Made by a program: the position numbers and the translations under genes. A stretch of DNA of 63,776 nucleotides, counting the filler. It is 10 parts of 10 records of this genome, joined end to end, with 100 filler letters (N's around TTAATTAATTAA, not from the genome) between each part and the next. Parts side by side here need not be neighbours in the genome. Positions count along the whole stretch, not along the records: positions 44,893 to 52,579 come from SRR31147125_273537; positions 52,680 to 58,253 come from SRR31147125_275428; 8 more parts are not named here. One strand, given 5' to 3'. Under the pieces are notes generated by a model, which made no database searches, was not told the origin of the DNA, and saw only the letters and a list, made by a program, of their open reading frames with translations. Of this stretch, positions 44,793 through 55,833 are shown piece by piece. The stretch's first letter is position 1. Every line of letters starts with the position of its first letter.

Positions 44793-44892
44793 NNNNNNNN
44801 NNNNNNNNNNNNNNNNNNNNNNNNNNNNNNNNNNNNTTAATTAATTAANNNNNNNNNNNNNNNNNNNNNNNNNNNNNNNNNNNNNNNNNNNN
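44793..44892. other. Artificial contig linker
   Basis: N-run, TTAATTAATTAA, N-run. Confidence 0.99.
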
Positions 44893-44971
44893 TTTTTTCG
44901 CGTTTTGTGCGAAAATTATTCTGTCTCCGAACTGGAAACCCAGAAAAATCAAAGAGGTCCCCGAACACGGC

Positions 44972-46162
44972 CTAGGTAGTACTGTGCTCTGGATTTATCT
45001 TCAACTGGTGCGGTATGAACTGGACCAGGACCAGCGAGAAGAGGCTGAGTAGTGCGCCTGAAAAAAACACGAGACGATAATCGACAATCCACAGCAGGCC
45101 GCCGGCCACCGGCAGAAATATTGCCGCGATATGGTTGATCGTAAACCCGACGGCCATGCTCGGGGCAATATCATGGGGATCGGCGATCTTCTGGAAGAAT
45201 GTCCTGATGCCAAGTGCAAAATTAAAGAAGATATGATCTCCGATGTAGAGGACCAGCGCGAGATATCGTGATTCAACGAGGCCGTAGCAGACGAAGATCA
45301 GGCAGAGCGAAAAGTATTCAATGGAGAGAATCCTGCGTTCACCATAACGGACGATCCATTTTCCGATATAGGGGCTGAGAAAATTAACCGCGTTGTTCAA
45401 CAGGAACAGCCCGGCAATTTCGGGAACAGTGAACGAGAATTTCTTTACCAGCAGGAATACCGCAAAGGCGATGAAAACCTGTCGCCGCGCTCCGGCCATG
45501 AAGGTCAGCGCATAATAGAGCCAATAGCGTTTCCTGAACACCATCTCCTTGCGCTGGGGAACCAGGTTGCTATCGACCGGATTTTTCGTCAATGCCCAGA
45601 GGGACGCCGCGACGATGATGATGCCGAAAATGAGGTAGAGCTGCCGGTACTCCAGGCGCGGCGCGAGCATGATCACGACCAGGCCGCACGCGACATTGGT
45701 ACCTGCGGCATACCCGCGCAGGCGGCCGAACACGATTGGTGCGGTCTGTTTGTCGAAATACTGCAGGGTGAGGGACTGGTTGGTCGTTTCGAAGTAGTGG
45801 AAGCCGAAGCTCATGATCAGGGTTGTAAACGCAAGTCCGTAAAAGCTGGGGAGCAGGCCCGTCAGGGCGACTCCAAGTCCGAGGATAAGTACCGACAGGG
45901 CTGACAGACGGTGTTCTTTGACAACCAGGAGTACGTATACAACCAGCAGGGACAGGAATCCAGGCACCTCACGGATGGACTGCAGTACACCGATATGAGC
46001 ACCGTTGAGGTCGACAACGTTGACCGCAAAGTTGTCGAACAAGGTCCGCCAGACGTGCAGGCCTGCAGTGGAACAGATCGTCAGCAGGAGCAGGTAGCCA
46101 TACATCGGGGACAGACGGTATCGGGGCGTTATTTTCATCGGAGGCCTAAAGGGTGTACGCAT
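44972..46162 (-). CDS. MFS transporter
   Basis: About 12 TM segments; LQSIREVPGFL, FMAGARRQVFIAFA, GFTINHIAA. Confidence 0.88.
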   Translation of the reverse strand: MRTPFRPPMKITPRYRLSPMYGYLLLLTICSTAGLHVWRTLFDNFAVNVVDLNGAHIGVLQSIREVPGFLSLLVVYVLLVVKEHRLSALSVLILGLGVALTGLLPSFYGLAFTTLIMSFGFHYFETTNQSLTLQYFDKQTAPIVFGRLRGYAAGTNVACGLVVIMLAPRLEYRQLYLIFGIIIVAASLWALTKNPVDSNLVPQRKEMVFRKRYWLYYALTFMAGARRQVFIAFAVFLLVKKFSFTVPEIAGLFLLNNAVNFLSPYIGKWIVRYGERRILSIEYFSLCLIFVCYGLVESRYLALVLYIGDHIFFNFALGIRTFFQKIADPHDIAPSMAVGFTINHIAAIFLPVAGGLLWIVDYRLVFFSGALLSLFSLVLVQFIPHQLKINPEHSTT

Positions 46163-46417
46163 GGTCGGGGTTCGCTCGGCCAGCTGGTTGAAATTAATCT
46201 GAAAACAGAAAGCGGGAGCGGTGGCAAGGCGGAATCTGCGGAATCTGAGTGGTCGGCTGTTTTACGCATTCTTGTCATTTGTCCCGGTTAATGATAATAC
46301 ATAGATATAAAACTTGTAATTACAATTCGTTGATAGTTTTGAATTGTCTATGGACTAACGGCTCGATCCGGGCTGCGGGTCGAATTATACTCACTCACTT
46401 CAAGGGGAAGATACACA

Positions 46418-46750
46418 ATGGGTGATTTTTTTGGAAACATAATGGCCTTTATTGAATCGACCAACCTCATCGACCAGGTCAAGGATGTGGATGCGGCCGG
46501 GTTGTTCACAAACCCCTGGTTCATGGTTCCGTTTGTCGCATTGGTCGTTTACCTGGTCTGGAAACTACGCTGGCGCGATCTTGTGTTTATCGCAATTTTC
46601 ATCGGTGTCTGGTGGGTTTCAGGTACCGACTACATGCAGACGCTGGTTGTCGGCGAAAAGCTGCAGGTGAACAAGGTACTGCCGGTCATGTTTGGAGGCG
46701 CTGCGATACTCGGGGTCGTTATCTACCTGTTATTCGGAAGATCGGATTGA
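46418..46750 (+). CDS. Small membrane protein (hypothetical)
   Basis: 110 aa, three TM segments, AAGGGG RBS. Confidence 0.75.
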   Translation: MGDFFGNIMAFIESTNLIDQVKDVDAAGLFTNPWFMVPFVALVVYLVWKLRWRDLVFIAIFIGVWWVSGTDYMQTLVVGEKLQVNKVLPVMFGGAAILGVVIYLLFGRSD

Positions 46751-46853
46751 CGCGTACGGGGGGCATAGTGCGTGAAGAACAGGCCGAGTGTGGAGAGGCG
46801 CCTCCGAATGATTCACCAGCAATCACGTTGAGAGTAACGATGACCATACGATT

Positions 46854-47933
46854 ATGATAAATCATTTCAAGAATTCCATATTTATCGTCACCGATGAACA
46901 CAACTGTCCGTTCTACAATGCCAAAGAGGAACTGGAAATCGTTGAGAATGCGCTTAAAACCGCTGCCGGCAAGCCGGTATGCCTGATTCTCGTGCAGGAC
47001 ATCATTGCCCTTACCTCAGAGCAGGCGATCCTTGACAGGCAGGCAGAAAGTTTTGGCGAACAGCAGGAGTTCAAATGCGGCGGATGCGGCGGTGTCATAA
47101 AATTCGAATATAAAAAGGCAAAGAATTATTCAACGCTGCAGATGAAACTGCTGGCGGCTGCTGAGCGCAAGGAGAAACTCAAGGAAGTCATCAGGTATGT
47201 GGACGACCTGCGCAACGTTGAGTTGTTTAACTCGCTGTCCGATGATGATCTCCTGGATCTTGGCACACTGCTCGAGTTCGAGCACTATGACTGGGGCTAT
47301 TTCGTTACCCAGAAAGGACAGAAAGGGTCAAAGCTCAGTATCATTGTATCGGGGCAGGTTGAGGTGCTCGATGATGAAGGCGCGATACTTTCCGAAATGT
47401 CAGCCGGTGACGTTTTCGGTGAAATGAGCATTATCTCGGGTGAAAGCCTGATGACGACGATTCAGGCTGCGGAGCCCTGCGTCATTGCAACTCTGAACAG
47501 GAAAAATTTCCGACATGTGCTGAATCGGTATCCGTCCCTGCAGATATTCCTCTATCAACTGCTGGTAGATCGCATCAGCCGCCTCAACGAGAACCGTGCG
47601 GATGAGTTGAGTTCGGGTATGGCCGGTCAGTTCTCGGAAATATCGCCGGTGGAGATCTCGCAGATGATCAATTCGAATCACAAGACCGGAATCCTCGAGA
47701 TCGAATCGGAATTTCTGAGCGGCCGGATCCTGTTTAACGAAGGGGAAATCGTAAAAGTGGATTTCGGCTACCGGAAAGGTGTCAACGGATTTTATGATTT
47801 CGTCGCCATGAGTGACGGTCGTTTCACATTTTCCCAGGGGCTGTCTGCATCCGAGCGCAAACTGCAGTCGATCGGAGGTTTCATGGGCATGCTCATGGAA
47901 GGGATGAAGCGGCTGGACGACCTGCACGAATGA
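46854..47933 (+). CDS. Cys-rich N-domain + cyclic-nucleotide-binding domain + DUF4388 (PatA-N) protein
   Basis: CPFY..CLIL..CGGCGG; IIVSGQVEV...GDVFGEMSII; GMAGQFSEISPVEISQMINSNHKTG...LMEGMKRLDD. Confidence 0.85.
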   Translation: MINHFKNSIFIVTDEHNCPFYNAKEELEIVENALKTAAGKPVCLILVQDIIALTSEQAILDRQAESFGEQQEFKCGGCGGVIKFEYKKAKNYSTLQMKLLAAAERKEKLKEVIRYVDDLRNVELFNSLSDDDLLDLGTLLEFEHYDWGYFVTQKGQKGSKLSIIVSGQVEVLDDEGAILSEMSAGDVFGEMSIISGESLMTTIQAAEPCVIATLNRKNFRHVLNRYPSLQIFLYQLLVDRISRLNENRADELSSGMAGQFSEISPVEISQMINSNHKTGILEIESEFLSGRILFNEGEIVKVDFGYRKGVNGFYDFVAMSDGRFTFSQGLSASERKLQSIGGFMGMLMEGMKRLDDLHE

Positions 47934-48000
47934 CCAGGAATCGCGCGCGGGTTGAGGGGGATGGTTCTATCGACGAGCCGATGTTTATTTCCCGGACGCC

Positions 48001-48693
48001 ATGAATCGAAGACTCATCAAAAAGCGTATCATTACGTTGCTTCGTGATGGTGATCTGCTCGGGATACAAGAAGGTCTGAAGGAATATCCAGAACCGGGAA
48101 TGCTGAACGCGCTGTTTTCCTGTCTCTGCCACCCCGATGAGTTGGTTCGCTGGCATGCGGTCAGTGCGTTCGGTATTGTCGTACCGGACCTGGCCGCGAG
48201 GAACATGGAACAGGCCCGGACGGTAATGCGGCGTTTTTTGTGGATGCTCAATGATGAATCGGGCGGTATCGGCTGGGGAGTCCCGGAGGCCATGGGCGAG
48301 GTAATGACGTTGAGTGATTCACTCGCTGACGAATACCTGCATATGCTTGTGTCCTACACGCTCGATGACGGGCCCGAGATGTTTCAGGACGGCAATTTCT
48401 TAGAGCTGGACCTGCTCCAGGAGGGAGTGCTGTGGGGGTTGTGCAGAGTTGCTCCCCGGTGGAGCCCCAGACTCAGGGAACTGGGCCTCGGTGAAAATCT
48501 CGGTGTCTATTTACACTCCGCGAACTCGAATGTGCGCGGGCAGGTATGCCGCCTGAGTTCCATTCTGAAATGGACGCCATTGCAGGAGCGTCTCGACGAG
48601 CTCCTTACCGATTCCTCCCCGGTGCGATATTACGACGAGGGGACATTTATCACGACCACGGTCGCCCACCTTGCGTCAGCTGCGGTATCATAA
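48001..48693 (+). CDS. DVU0298 family HEAT-like protein
   Basis: ARTVMRRFLWMLNDESGGIGWGVPEAMGE motif. Confidence 0.8.
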   Translation: MNRRLIKKRIITLLRDGDLLGIQEGLKEYPEPGMLNALFSCLCHPDELVRWHAVSAFGIVVPDLAARNMEQARTVMRRFLWMLNDESGGIGWGVPEAMGEVMTLSDSLADEYLHMLVSYTLDDGPEMFQDGNFLELDLLQEGVLWGLCRVAPRWSPRLRELGLGENLGVYLHSANSNVRGQVCRLSSILKWTPLQERLDELLTDSSPVRYYDEGTFITTTVAHLASAAVS

Positions 48694-48731
48694 GGCTTGC
48701 GCTCCCGGGTTCCGGCTCCGTGCGCCGTACT

Positions 48732-49585
48732 TCAGTGCGGATCCTGAAGATCGCCGGCCGGCATGTCATGGACTTCAGCGCCTCCGAGCAGGTACCCCCC
48801 ATCGAATACGACCGTTGCGCCCGTCATATAGCGTGCCCTGACAGCCAGAAAATAGACCAGTTCGGCAAACTCGCCCGGCGTGGCTGTGCGTTCCAGCAGC
48901 GTGTGTTCGAGCAGATCGTTTCGCTGGTCCTCACTCATCAGCGACCATCCCCTGGTATGTTCTCCATGTCTGGTTTCGCATAGGCCGAGCATAATCTCGT
49001 TGACTGTGACGGCGGGGGCCGCCTCCCTGGCCCACTGCGCGGTAAACGAACCCACCGAGCGGCTGGCGGCACTGTACCCTTCGCTGAAGATTGTGGATGC
49101 GGGCCCGGAGCGGCCCACGCGGGAGGCGATTGATGAAATGTTGATGACTGCACCCTGGCCTGAGTCCTTCATCAGTGCGATGCACCGGCGATACAGGTTT
49201 CGCTTCGCGGTGACCGTGGTGCTGAATTCCAGCTCCCACTGGTTTCGGTTGACCGGCAGTTCGTATGACCCGTGCACGATCGGCATGCCCCCCGCTCGAT
49301 ATTGTTGATCAGGTAATGCAGTTTTCCGTAGGCGTCTTCCGCCTTGTCAATGAGGTCATTCACCTGAGCTGAACAGGTGAGATCGCAGGGCAGCAGCAGA
49401 CAGTCGTATCCAGCGCGCTCAACGTGGCGGCGCAGATCGTCGGTGGATTCCGGCCAGTCACTGTGGAAGGGAAGAATCAGCGCGGCACCGCTTTGACCGA
49501 ACATATCCGCGATGGCACGACCGACAGGCCTGCTCGCCCCGGTGATCAACGCGACGCAGTCGGACAGTTCAGCTCTCTTTTTCAT
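48732..49585 (-). CDS. Atypical SDR family oxidoreductase; frameshift in G-run near 49290
   Basis: ALITGASRPVG, LINNIERG(G)MPIVHGSY, VINISS, GYSAAS, YMTGATVVFDGG. Confidence 0.85.
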
Positions 49586-50294
49586 GAGCGGTCTCCGGCT
49601 GTGTTGCTCCCGGCTTCAATGAATGATTGAGCAGGGCAATGTGTCTGCTGAACTCCTCTTTGTCGTCGTTGACGGTGAACGCACAGCACAGTACGGTCTG
49701 TGCATAGGGGCGAGATATTACGTCGACAACAAGCCCGTGGTGGTCGAGGAAACCTTCCATCGCCCCACGTTCCCGCCAGTCAACGTAATTCCTATAATGT
49801 TCTTTCCCGGCACAGCGCTCGATAAGCGGCGTGAGAACCGAGCCGATCAGTGCCCCCTTCACTCCATCTTCGGTACCGCTGTAGTCAGCGAGGATGAGGG
49901 TACCTCCCTGTCTGACCATCCGCCGAGCGTTGGCAAATATCTGGTCACGGGTGGTCGCGTGCTTCTCGTGCAGGCTGAAGACAAGCAGAGCGCAGTCGAA
50001 CGGTTCCTTGGGTGGCTGCAGCTGCTGCGCATCGAGAAGTTGCAGTTCCACCTGTTCCGGGCATCGCTTTTTCGCGATGTCCAGCATCGATGATGAACTG
50101 TCGATGCCGACAAGATTCATGGATGGGCGTTGCAGCATCTGCAACTGGTCACCGGTCCCGCAGCAGATATCGATCACACTGCGATAGCCCCGGTAATTGA
50201 TGTAGGTGCTGATATCTTCCCGTAGCGTCCGCAGCATCGGGGTCAGCACCCGGTCGTAGAACGGGGCGGATGATTTGTACTCGTCCTGGCTCAT
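49569..50294 (-). CDS. Class I SAM-dependent methyltransferase (UbiE-like)
   Basis: VIDICCGTG, GIDSSSSML, FSLHEK, LILADY. Confidence 0.85.
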   Translation of the reverse strand: MSQDEYKSSAPFYDRVLTPMLRTLREDISTYINYRGYRSVIDICCGTGDQLQMLQRPSMNLVGIDSSSSMLDIAKKRCPEQVELQLLDAQQLQPPKEPFDCALLVFSLHEKHATTRDQIFANARRMVRQGGTLILADYSGTEDGVKGALIGSVLTPLIERCAGKEHYRNYVDWRERGAMEGFLDHHGLVVDVISRPYAQTVLCCAFTVNDDKEEFSRHIALLNHSLKPGATQPETAHEKES

Positions 50295-50549
50295 GGAAAA
50301 ATGATCGGTTGGTTTCAGCTTCTGTGTTTCGATTGTTTGCATCTGCAGATTAAAAACGAATTTGTTCAAAAATACAATGCGGCTGCCGGTCCCGATTGTT
50401 CTTGTGTGTTGAATTATCTGATTTACCATATCTGAACGCCATACGGTGATGCCTTCAACCCCGAGTGCGGCAGTAACGTATCCGCATGACGGTTATCGCG
50501 TGCTATCAGGCGTTTTTCAGAATCCATTACAGCGGGAAAACCCACTATT

Positions 50550-52579
50550 GTGAAAACACTCATTTCTATTGTTACTCTGCTGACACTTCTCATGACTTCG
50601 TCGTCACTGGCGTCTGAGAACGACTGTTATTCAACCTCCTGGCCCCATGAACTCAGTGAACTCGAGCCGGATCCGGAATTGTATTTCGGTCGTCTTGATA
50701 ACGGCTTTCGTTATATCCTGAAACACAACATCGAACCTCGCGATCGGGTCGGTGTGTATCTGAACGTTGAAAGCGGATCCCTCTACGAGCGTGAGTCTGA
50801 GCGGGGTATCGCCCATTTTCTCGAGCACCTTTTGTTCAACGGTACCACCCACTTCAAACCCGGTGAACTGATAGACTATTTCCAGTCGATTGGAATGAGC
50901 TTCGGCGGTGATGTGAACGCCTACACCAGCTATACGGATACGGTCTACAAATTGATTGTACCGTCTGGGAGCACCGATTCGCTCGATCAGGCGTTGCTGG
51001 TTATGAGAGACTACGGTGATGGAGCGCTGCTGGACGAGGAGGAGATCGATCGCGAACGCGGGGTTATACTGGCCGAGAAGACGGCACGAAACAGCGCCGC
51101 TTACCGGAGCCGGCTCGCCCGCACATCTTTCATTATGGACGGGACCCTCCTTCCCGAACGGCAGCCGATCGGCATTGAGTCGGTTCTGAACCGTGCTGAC
51201 CGGGAACTTCTCAACACGTTTTACAGAACCTGGTATCGTCCCGACAACATGGTCCTTGTTATGGTCGGCGACTTTGATATCGAGGACGCGGAACCGTTAA
51301 TAGAAAAACACTTTGCGTCCATGTCAGTGAGCCTTGAGAGCGAGTGCCCGAAATACGGTCGCGTTGATCGTCACGGCATAGAGACGTTCTATCATTTTGA
51401 GCCGGAAATCGGTGTAACCGAAGTGTTTATCGAGACGGTCCGCAACAAGGAGCCCGAGAACGACTCTATCGATCTTCTGACCCGCGATCTTCACCGGTTA
51501 ATGGGGACGATGATTGTCAATTACAGGCTTCAGCGCCTGCTGGAATCTCCGGATTCGCCATTTACGTCGGCGGCGTACCATGCAGACGAGCTGTTCGATC
51601 GGTTTCAAATTTCGACGATCAGTGCACGTACCGGCAAGGATATGTGGCAGGAGACACTCGAGCGGCTCGATTTCGTTCTCGAGCAGGCTGTCCGGTACGG
51701 GGTTCTCGAGAGCGAACTTGCCCGTGTGAAAAAGGAGTTGATTACGGGGTTGCAGAACAATCTGCTCGGTCAGGATAGTGAACATTCCCTGCAGATCATC
51801 AGCCGAATTCTCTCCAGGCTCGACGCCAACCGGGTCACGCTCTCTGCCACGCAGGATTTTGAGCTGTATTTACCACTCATCCGCGAGGCGAGTGTAGGGG
51901 ACATTAACGTGTCGCTGCGCACAAACTGGCCTCGGGGTGAGCGGATCGTGCAGGTTGTCGGCGATGCGGAAATCGATGATCGACATGGTGAAACGGCAGT
52001 CAAAGCAGTGTATGCGCGTCTCCACGGGCGGGACCCCGGCCCCCCAAGCAGCAAGGGGCTGCAGTATTTCCCTATCTCGCGATGCCGGACAAGAGCGTTG
52101 CTCCCCAGGCGGTGACAGAGTATGCGGATATCGGTGTCCGTCGTCTCGATTTCGCGAACGGGTTGATCGTCAACCTGAAAAAAACGGACTTCAAGGAAAA
52201 CGAAATCGAGGCCGTGCTACGCTTTGGACCCGGGCGATCGTCTCAGCCTGCCCGGGGGGCTCGGCCTGCTTGCGACGTCGGTGATAAACGGGTCCGGGAC
52301 CGCGACATTGACGGCGTCACAGCTCGCTGAAGCCTTGTCCGGTACAGCGGCGCGCAGCTGGTTCGGGATCGGAGATGAATCATTTGCTATCGGCGGGTCG
52401 TCGGTTTCCTCTGAAGCGGAACTCCTGATGCAGATCATCTACACGAAGCTGATCGATACGGGATTAAGAGCGGATGAATATCACGTTGCGATGAAACAGA
52501 TCGAGACGATGTATCGACGGATGGAAAGAGATATCGGCGGGGCTGAACCACTCTATCTTGACACGTTTTTCAGTGGGGG
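50550..52579 (+). CDS. M16 family zinc peptidase (PqqL-like), 3' partial; frameshifts near 52050 and 52255
   Basis: Signal peptide; GRLDNG; inverted zincin HFLEH; NAYTS; ERGVILAE; FYRTWYRPDNM; FANGLIVNLKKTDF. Confidence 0.9.
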
Positions 52580-52679
52580 NNNNNNNNNNNNNNNNNNNNN
52601 NNNNNNNNNNNNNNNNNNNNNNNTTAATTAATTAANNNNNNNNNNNNNNNNNNNNNNNNNNNNNNNNNNNNNNNNNNNN
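52580..52679. other. Artificial contig linker
   Basis: N-run, TTAATTAATTAA, N-run. Confidence 0.99.
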
Positions 52680-53714
52680 CTTCCGCAGGGTGGAGGAGAC
52701 ACCCACTGCCATGGTATTCAACGAAGTCCAGGCCGTGGCTGCACCTGTTCCCAACAGCAGGAAAAGCAATAAACGGTTATAAAAGCCATAGGGCATCCAG
52801 GCCATTAATCCGATGGCCGTGATGGCGATGAGCGTTCCGCCGGCAAAAAGCGGTTTTCTTCCCAGCCGGTCTCCGAGGTAACCAGCTATGGGAGATACCA
52901 GGATTCCAGACAAACCGGTGACCGACAGGATCGTTCCGATCTTATCCGAAGTAAGACCCATTTCTGATTTTAAAGTGTCGGCCGTAAAGGTCATGATGCC
53001 GATGTATCCGAAAAAGAGGCTGAAGGCCGCAAAACTGATCAGCAGCGCACCCGGTTCCCGGACGGCGCGTTTCAAGACCGGAATGATCTCCATAATTCCG
53101 GCTTTGGCGATATCCGGGAGCTTCGCCGATTTGCTGGTGAGCAGGTAGGAGAGACCAGCCGTCAAGGCTACCACAGAGAGAAAAAAGAAAAAATAGGGCC
53201 AGCCCAGCCGCACTTCGATGGCGCCGGACAGATAGGGTCCGAGGGTCACTCCGGCGGTATAGGCGACCCCCAGAAGGCCGATGGCTTTTCCGATATGATC
53301 TTTAGGCACCAGTTCTCCGATAAGGGCCATGATGATGGGCGTCAGAAAGCCGGCTCCGATCCCCTGGCAAATTCGAAACGCAAGAAACATGCTGAAATTT
53401 GTTGAGAGACCGCTGAGCAGGGCACCCAGTGCGTAGACGGTGAAGCCGAAAAGCAGGGTTCTGCGTGCGCCGAAGAGTTGGGCGATAGCGCCCGAAAAGA
53501 TCTGCATGACGATGAACGGTATCATGTAGCAGGTGATGGCCACGGAGATGGTGCCGAAGTTCACCGACCACACATTGGCCATGACCGGCAGAATGGTAAC
53601 GATGCCGAAACCACCCATGGGGCCGATGACAGCGCCGATATACAGGGAGTGAGACTTCTCAGGTTCAAAGGTTCTATTCCGGTAATACGAAGTGGTCCAC
53701 GGGAAGAGATACAA
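52680..53714 (-). CDS. MFS transporter (DHA1-like), 3' partial, start uncertain
   Basis: FRICQGIGAG, GYLGDRLGRK motif A, multiple TM segments. Confidence 0.88.
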
Positions 53715-53830
53715 GAGAGGACATGAGCTCCACCATCTTTCGGAAACGCTATTTTTCCCGTTAGTTATCCAAACTCAATGTATGCACGATCGATTCAGCT
53801 TAAAGGAGTCCCAACGGCTTGTCAACCATC

Positions 53831-53911
53831 GTTCTGTATGGTTTCGGTCGTTTTCAATAATTCGACCACACAGAACGCATTTTGACATACCAAAACATAT
53901 TGTGTTACTTA
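53831..53911 (+). promoter_or_regulatory. Inverted operator-like repeat plus sigma70 promoter for the MBL/IclR/oxidase genes
   Basis: GTTCTGTATGGT...ACCACACAGAAC dyad (53831-53876); TTGACA at 53882. Confidence 0.5.
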
Positions 53912-53962
53912 GCATTTTGCATTAAAGATGGTTTACACGAAAAATGATCCTAATCTGCATTT

Positions 53963-54889
53963 ATGAACCCAGTGGAAGGTAGCACTGCCATGGAAGTTTC
54001 CCAGCCTGGAAGGGTGACCGATAAGATTACCATGCTGGGCCGTTTCGAGTCGTGCGTCTATCTGGTCGACGGTGGTCATGAAAGCATCCTGCTGGGTGGT
54101 GGTATGGCCCATATCATACCAGACATGATCGATCAACTGGAGGCGTTCGGCGTCGACGAGAGACGGATTTCAGGTATTTGTATTCTACATGCCCACTTCG
54201 ATCACTGCGGTGCGGTCCCGTTTCTTAAAAAGCGTTGGCCGTGGGCGACGGTGACTGCATCCACCAGGGCAGGGGAGCTGTTGGCCAAACCACAGATCGC
54301 TCAAAGTATCGCCGAAATGAACAGGAGATCACTCGAGCATATGGGCTTTGGGGAGGCTGCACGGCCATTGGATATCCCCTTCGGCGGCATCGAGATTGAA
54401 TCGACCCTGTCCGATGGTGATATCCTCAATTGCGGTTCGACGCAGTTAGGGGTGATTGAAGTACCGGGCCACTCGTCGTGCTCGATCGCTTTGTACATGC
54501 CCGGTGAGAAAGCGCTGTTCGCCTCGGACGCCGTGGGAATGAGACTGCGCGGGAATTACCACCCAACCCCTAATTCCAATTATGATCAATATCAGCAGAG
54601 TCTGGAACGATTGTCCCGATATGATATAGATCTCCTGCTCCTCGAGCACTATGGTGCCTATTCGGGTGAAGACGCGCACGCCTTCATCCCCGGCGCCATC
54701 CAAGCGGCCCGTGATACGCGTCGGTTGATCGAAGAGACGTACGCGCGTACACGGGATGTCGTCCAATGCACCCGGGAGATTACAGAGATATTTCTAAAAC
54801 GTTCCGGCGACTCATTTCTTCCCGACGAGGTTCGGGCCATTGTCGCCGGTCAGATGGTTCGCTTTGTTGCGAAGACCATGGAAGAGTAG
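53963..54889 (+). CDS. MBL-fold metallo-hydrolase
   Basis: HAHFDHCG, PGHS, LFASD, LEHYG. Confidence 0.9.
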   Translation: MNPVEGSTAMEVSQPGRVTDKITMLGRFESCVYLVDGGHESILLGGGMAHIIPDMIDQLEAFGVDERRISGICILHAHFDHCGAVPFLKKRWPWATVTASTRAGELLAKPQIAQSIAEMNRRSLEHMGFGEAARPLDIPFGGIEIESTLSDGDILNCGSTQLGVIEVPGHSSCSIALYMPGEKALFASDAVGMRLRGNYHPTPNSNYDQYQQSLERLSRYDIDLLLLEHYGAYSGEDAHAFIPGAIQAARDTRRLIEETYARTRDVVQCTREITEIFLKRSGDSFLPDEVRAIVAGQMVRFVAKTMEE

Positions 54890-54989
54890 CAGCCGGTCCT
54901 GAATTTCCGGGATTGTTTTTGAGAGGGCGATCCCGGCCGGCATTAGGCTTCAACCGGAGCATCCCCCTTGTTGAAATGGAGGTCATGCC

Positions 54990-55781
54990 ATGTCCATCCA
55001 GTCCGTCGATCGTGCACTACAGATCCTGGCTCTATTTTCTCACCGGAGCCCCGTCCTCGGGGTGACAGAAATCAGTCGCGCCCTTGGCCTGTCCAAAGGG
55101 ACCGTTCATGGGCTTATCCGGACCCTGCTCCAGCAGGGGTTTTTACAGCAGGACCTGCCCAGCCGAAAATACCGGCTGGGTCTCAAGATTTATGAGTTGG
55201 GTATTATTCTGGCCGGCACGCTGGAAATTAACCAGAAAGCGGCCGGTTTGATCAACCAGTTGGCAAAAGTGACCCAACGTATTGTCCGCGTGGCCATATG
55301 GGATGGAGATTCAATGGTGATCACCTGTGATGCCCATCCACGGCCTCGTGCTGTGTTGCCTCACCAGTTCGGCCCGCGTGTGCACGCCTACTGTTCTGCC
55401 ATAGGGAAAGCCGTTTTGGCGTTTTTGGATGAGGAGCTGGTCAACGGTTATATCGAGCGAACCGAGCTGGTTGCCTTCACCGAAGAGACGATCACAGGTG
55501 CCGAGGCACTGCGCGCCGATCTGGAAGTGATCCGCAAACGTGGCTATGCCGTAGACCGGCAGGAGGCTGTCCAGGGCTTGGTATGCGTCGGTGCGCCGGT
55601 ATTCCATCGGAACGGCCAGGTGGCCGGATCGATCAGCGTTTCAGGCTCAGCACAGCGCATGGATGACGACAAGGTTGCTGAGCTATCCGAGGAGCTGTTG
55701 AAAACGACCGGGGAGGTTTCCCGCTACATGGGCTATATGCCTGAATTTTCCAATCCGGGGCCTGGATCGAATCCGTTCTGA
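54990..55781 (+). CDS. IclR family transcriptional regulator
   Basis: QSVDRALQIL, GLSKGTVHGLI, AYCSAIGKAVLA, IRKRGYAVD. Confidence 0.95.
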   Translation: MSIQSVDRALQILALFSHRSPVLGVTEISRALGLSKGTVHGLIRTLLQQGFLQQDLPSRKYRLGLKIYELGIILAGTLEINQKAAGLINQLAKVTQRIVRVAIWDGDSMVITCDAHPRPRAVLPHQFGPRVHAYCSAIGKAVLAFLDEELVNGYIERTELVAFTEETITGAEALRADLEVIRKRGYAVDRQEAVQGLVCVGAPVFHRNGQVAGSISVSGSAQRMDDDKVAELSEELLKTTGEVSRYMGYMPEFSNPGPGSNPF

Positions 55782-55833
55782 TTTGATCGCGCCGTCGCAA
55801 GGTCGATCCGGAAGAGAAAGCAAAGGTTTTCTT

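Noticed and set aside
46314-46325. Perfect palindrome TTGTAATTACAA as a specific operator
   Set aside because: Single AT-rich 12-mer with no second copy or adjacent regulator; possible but unsupported.
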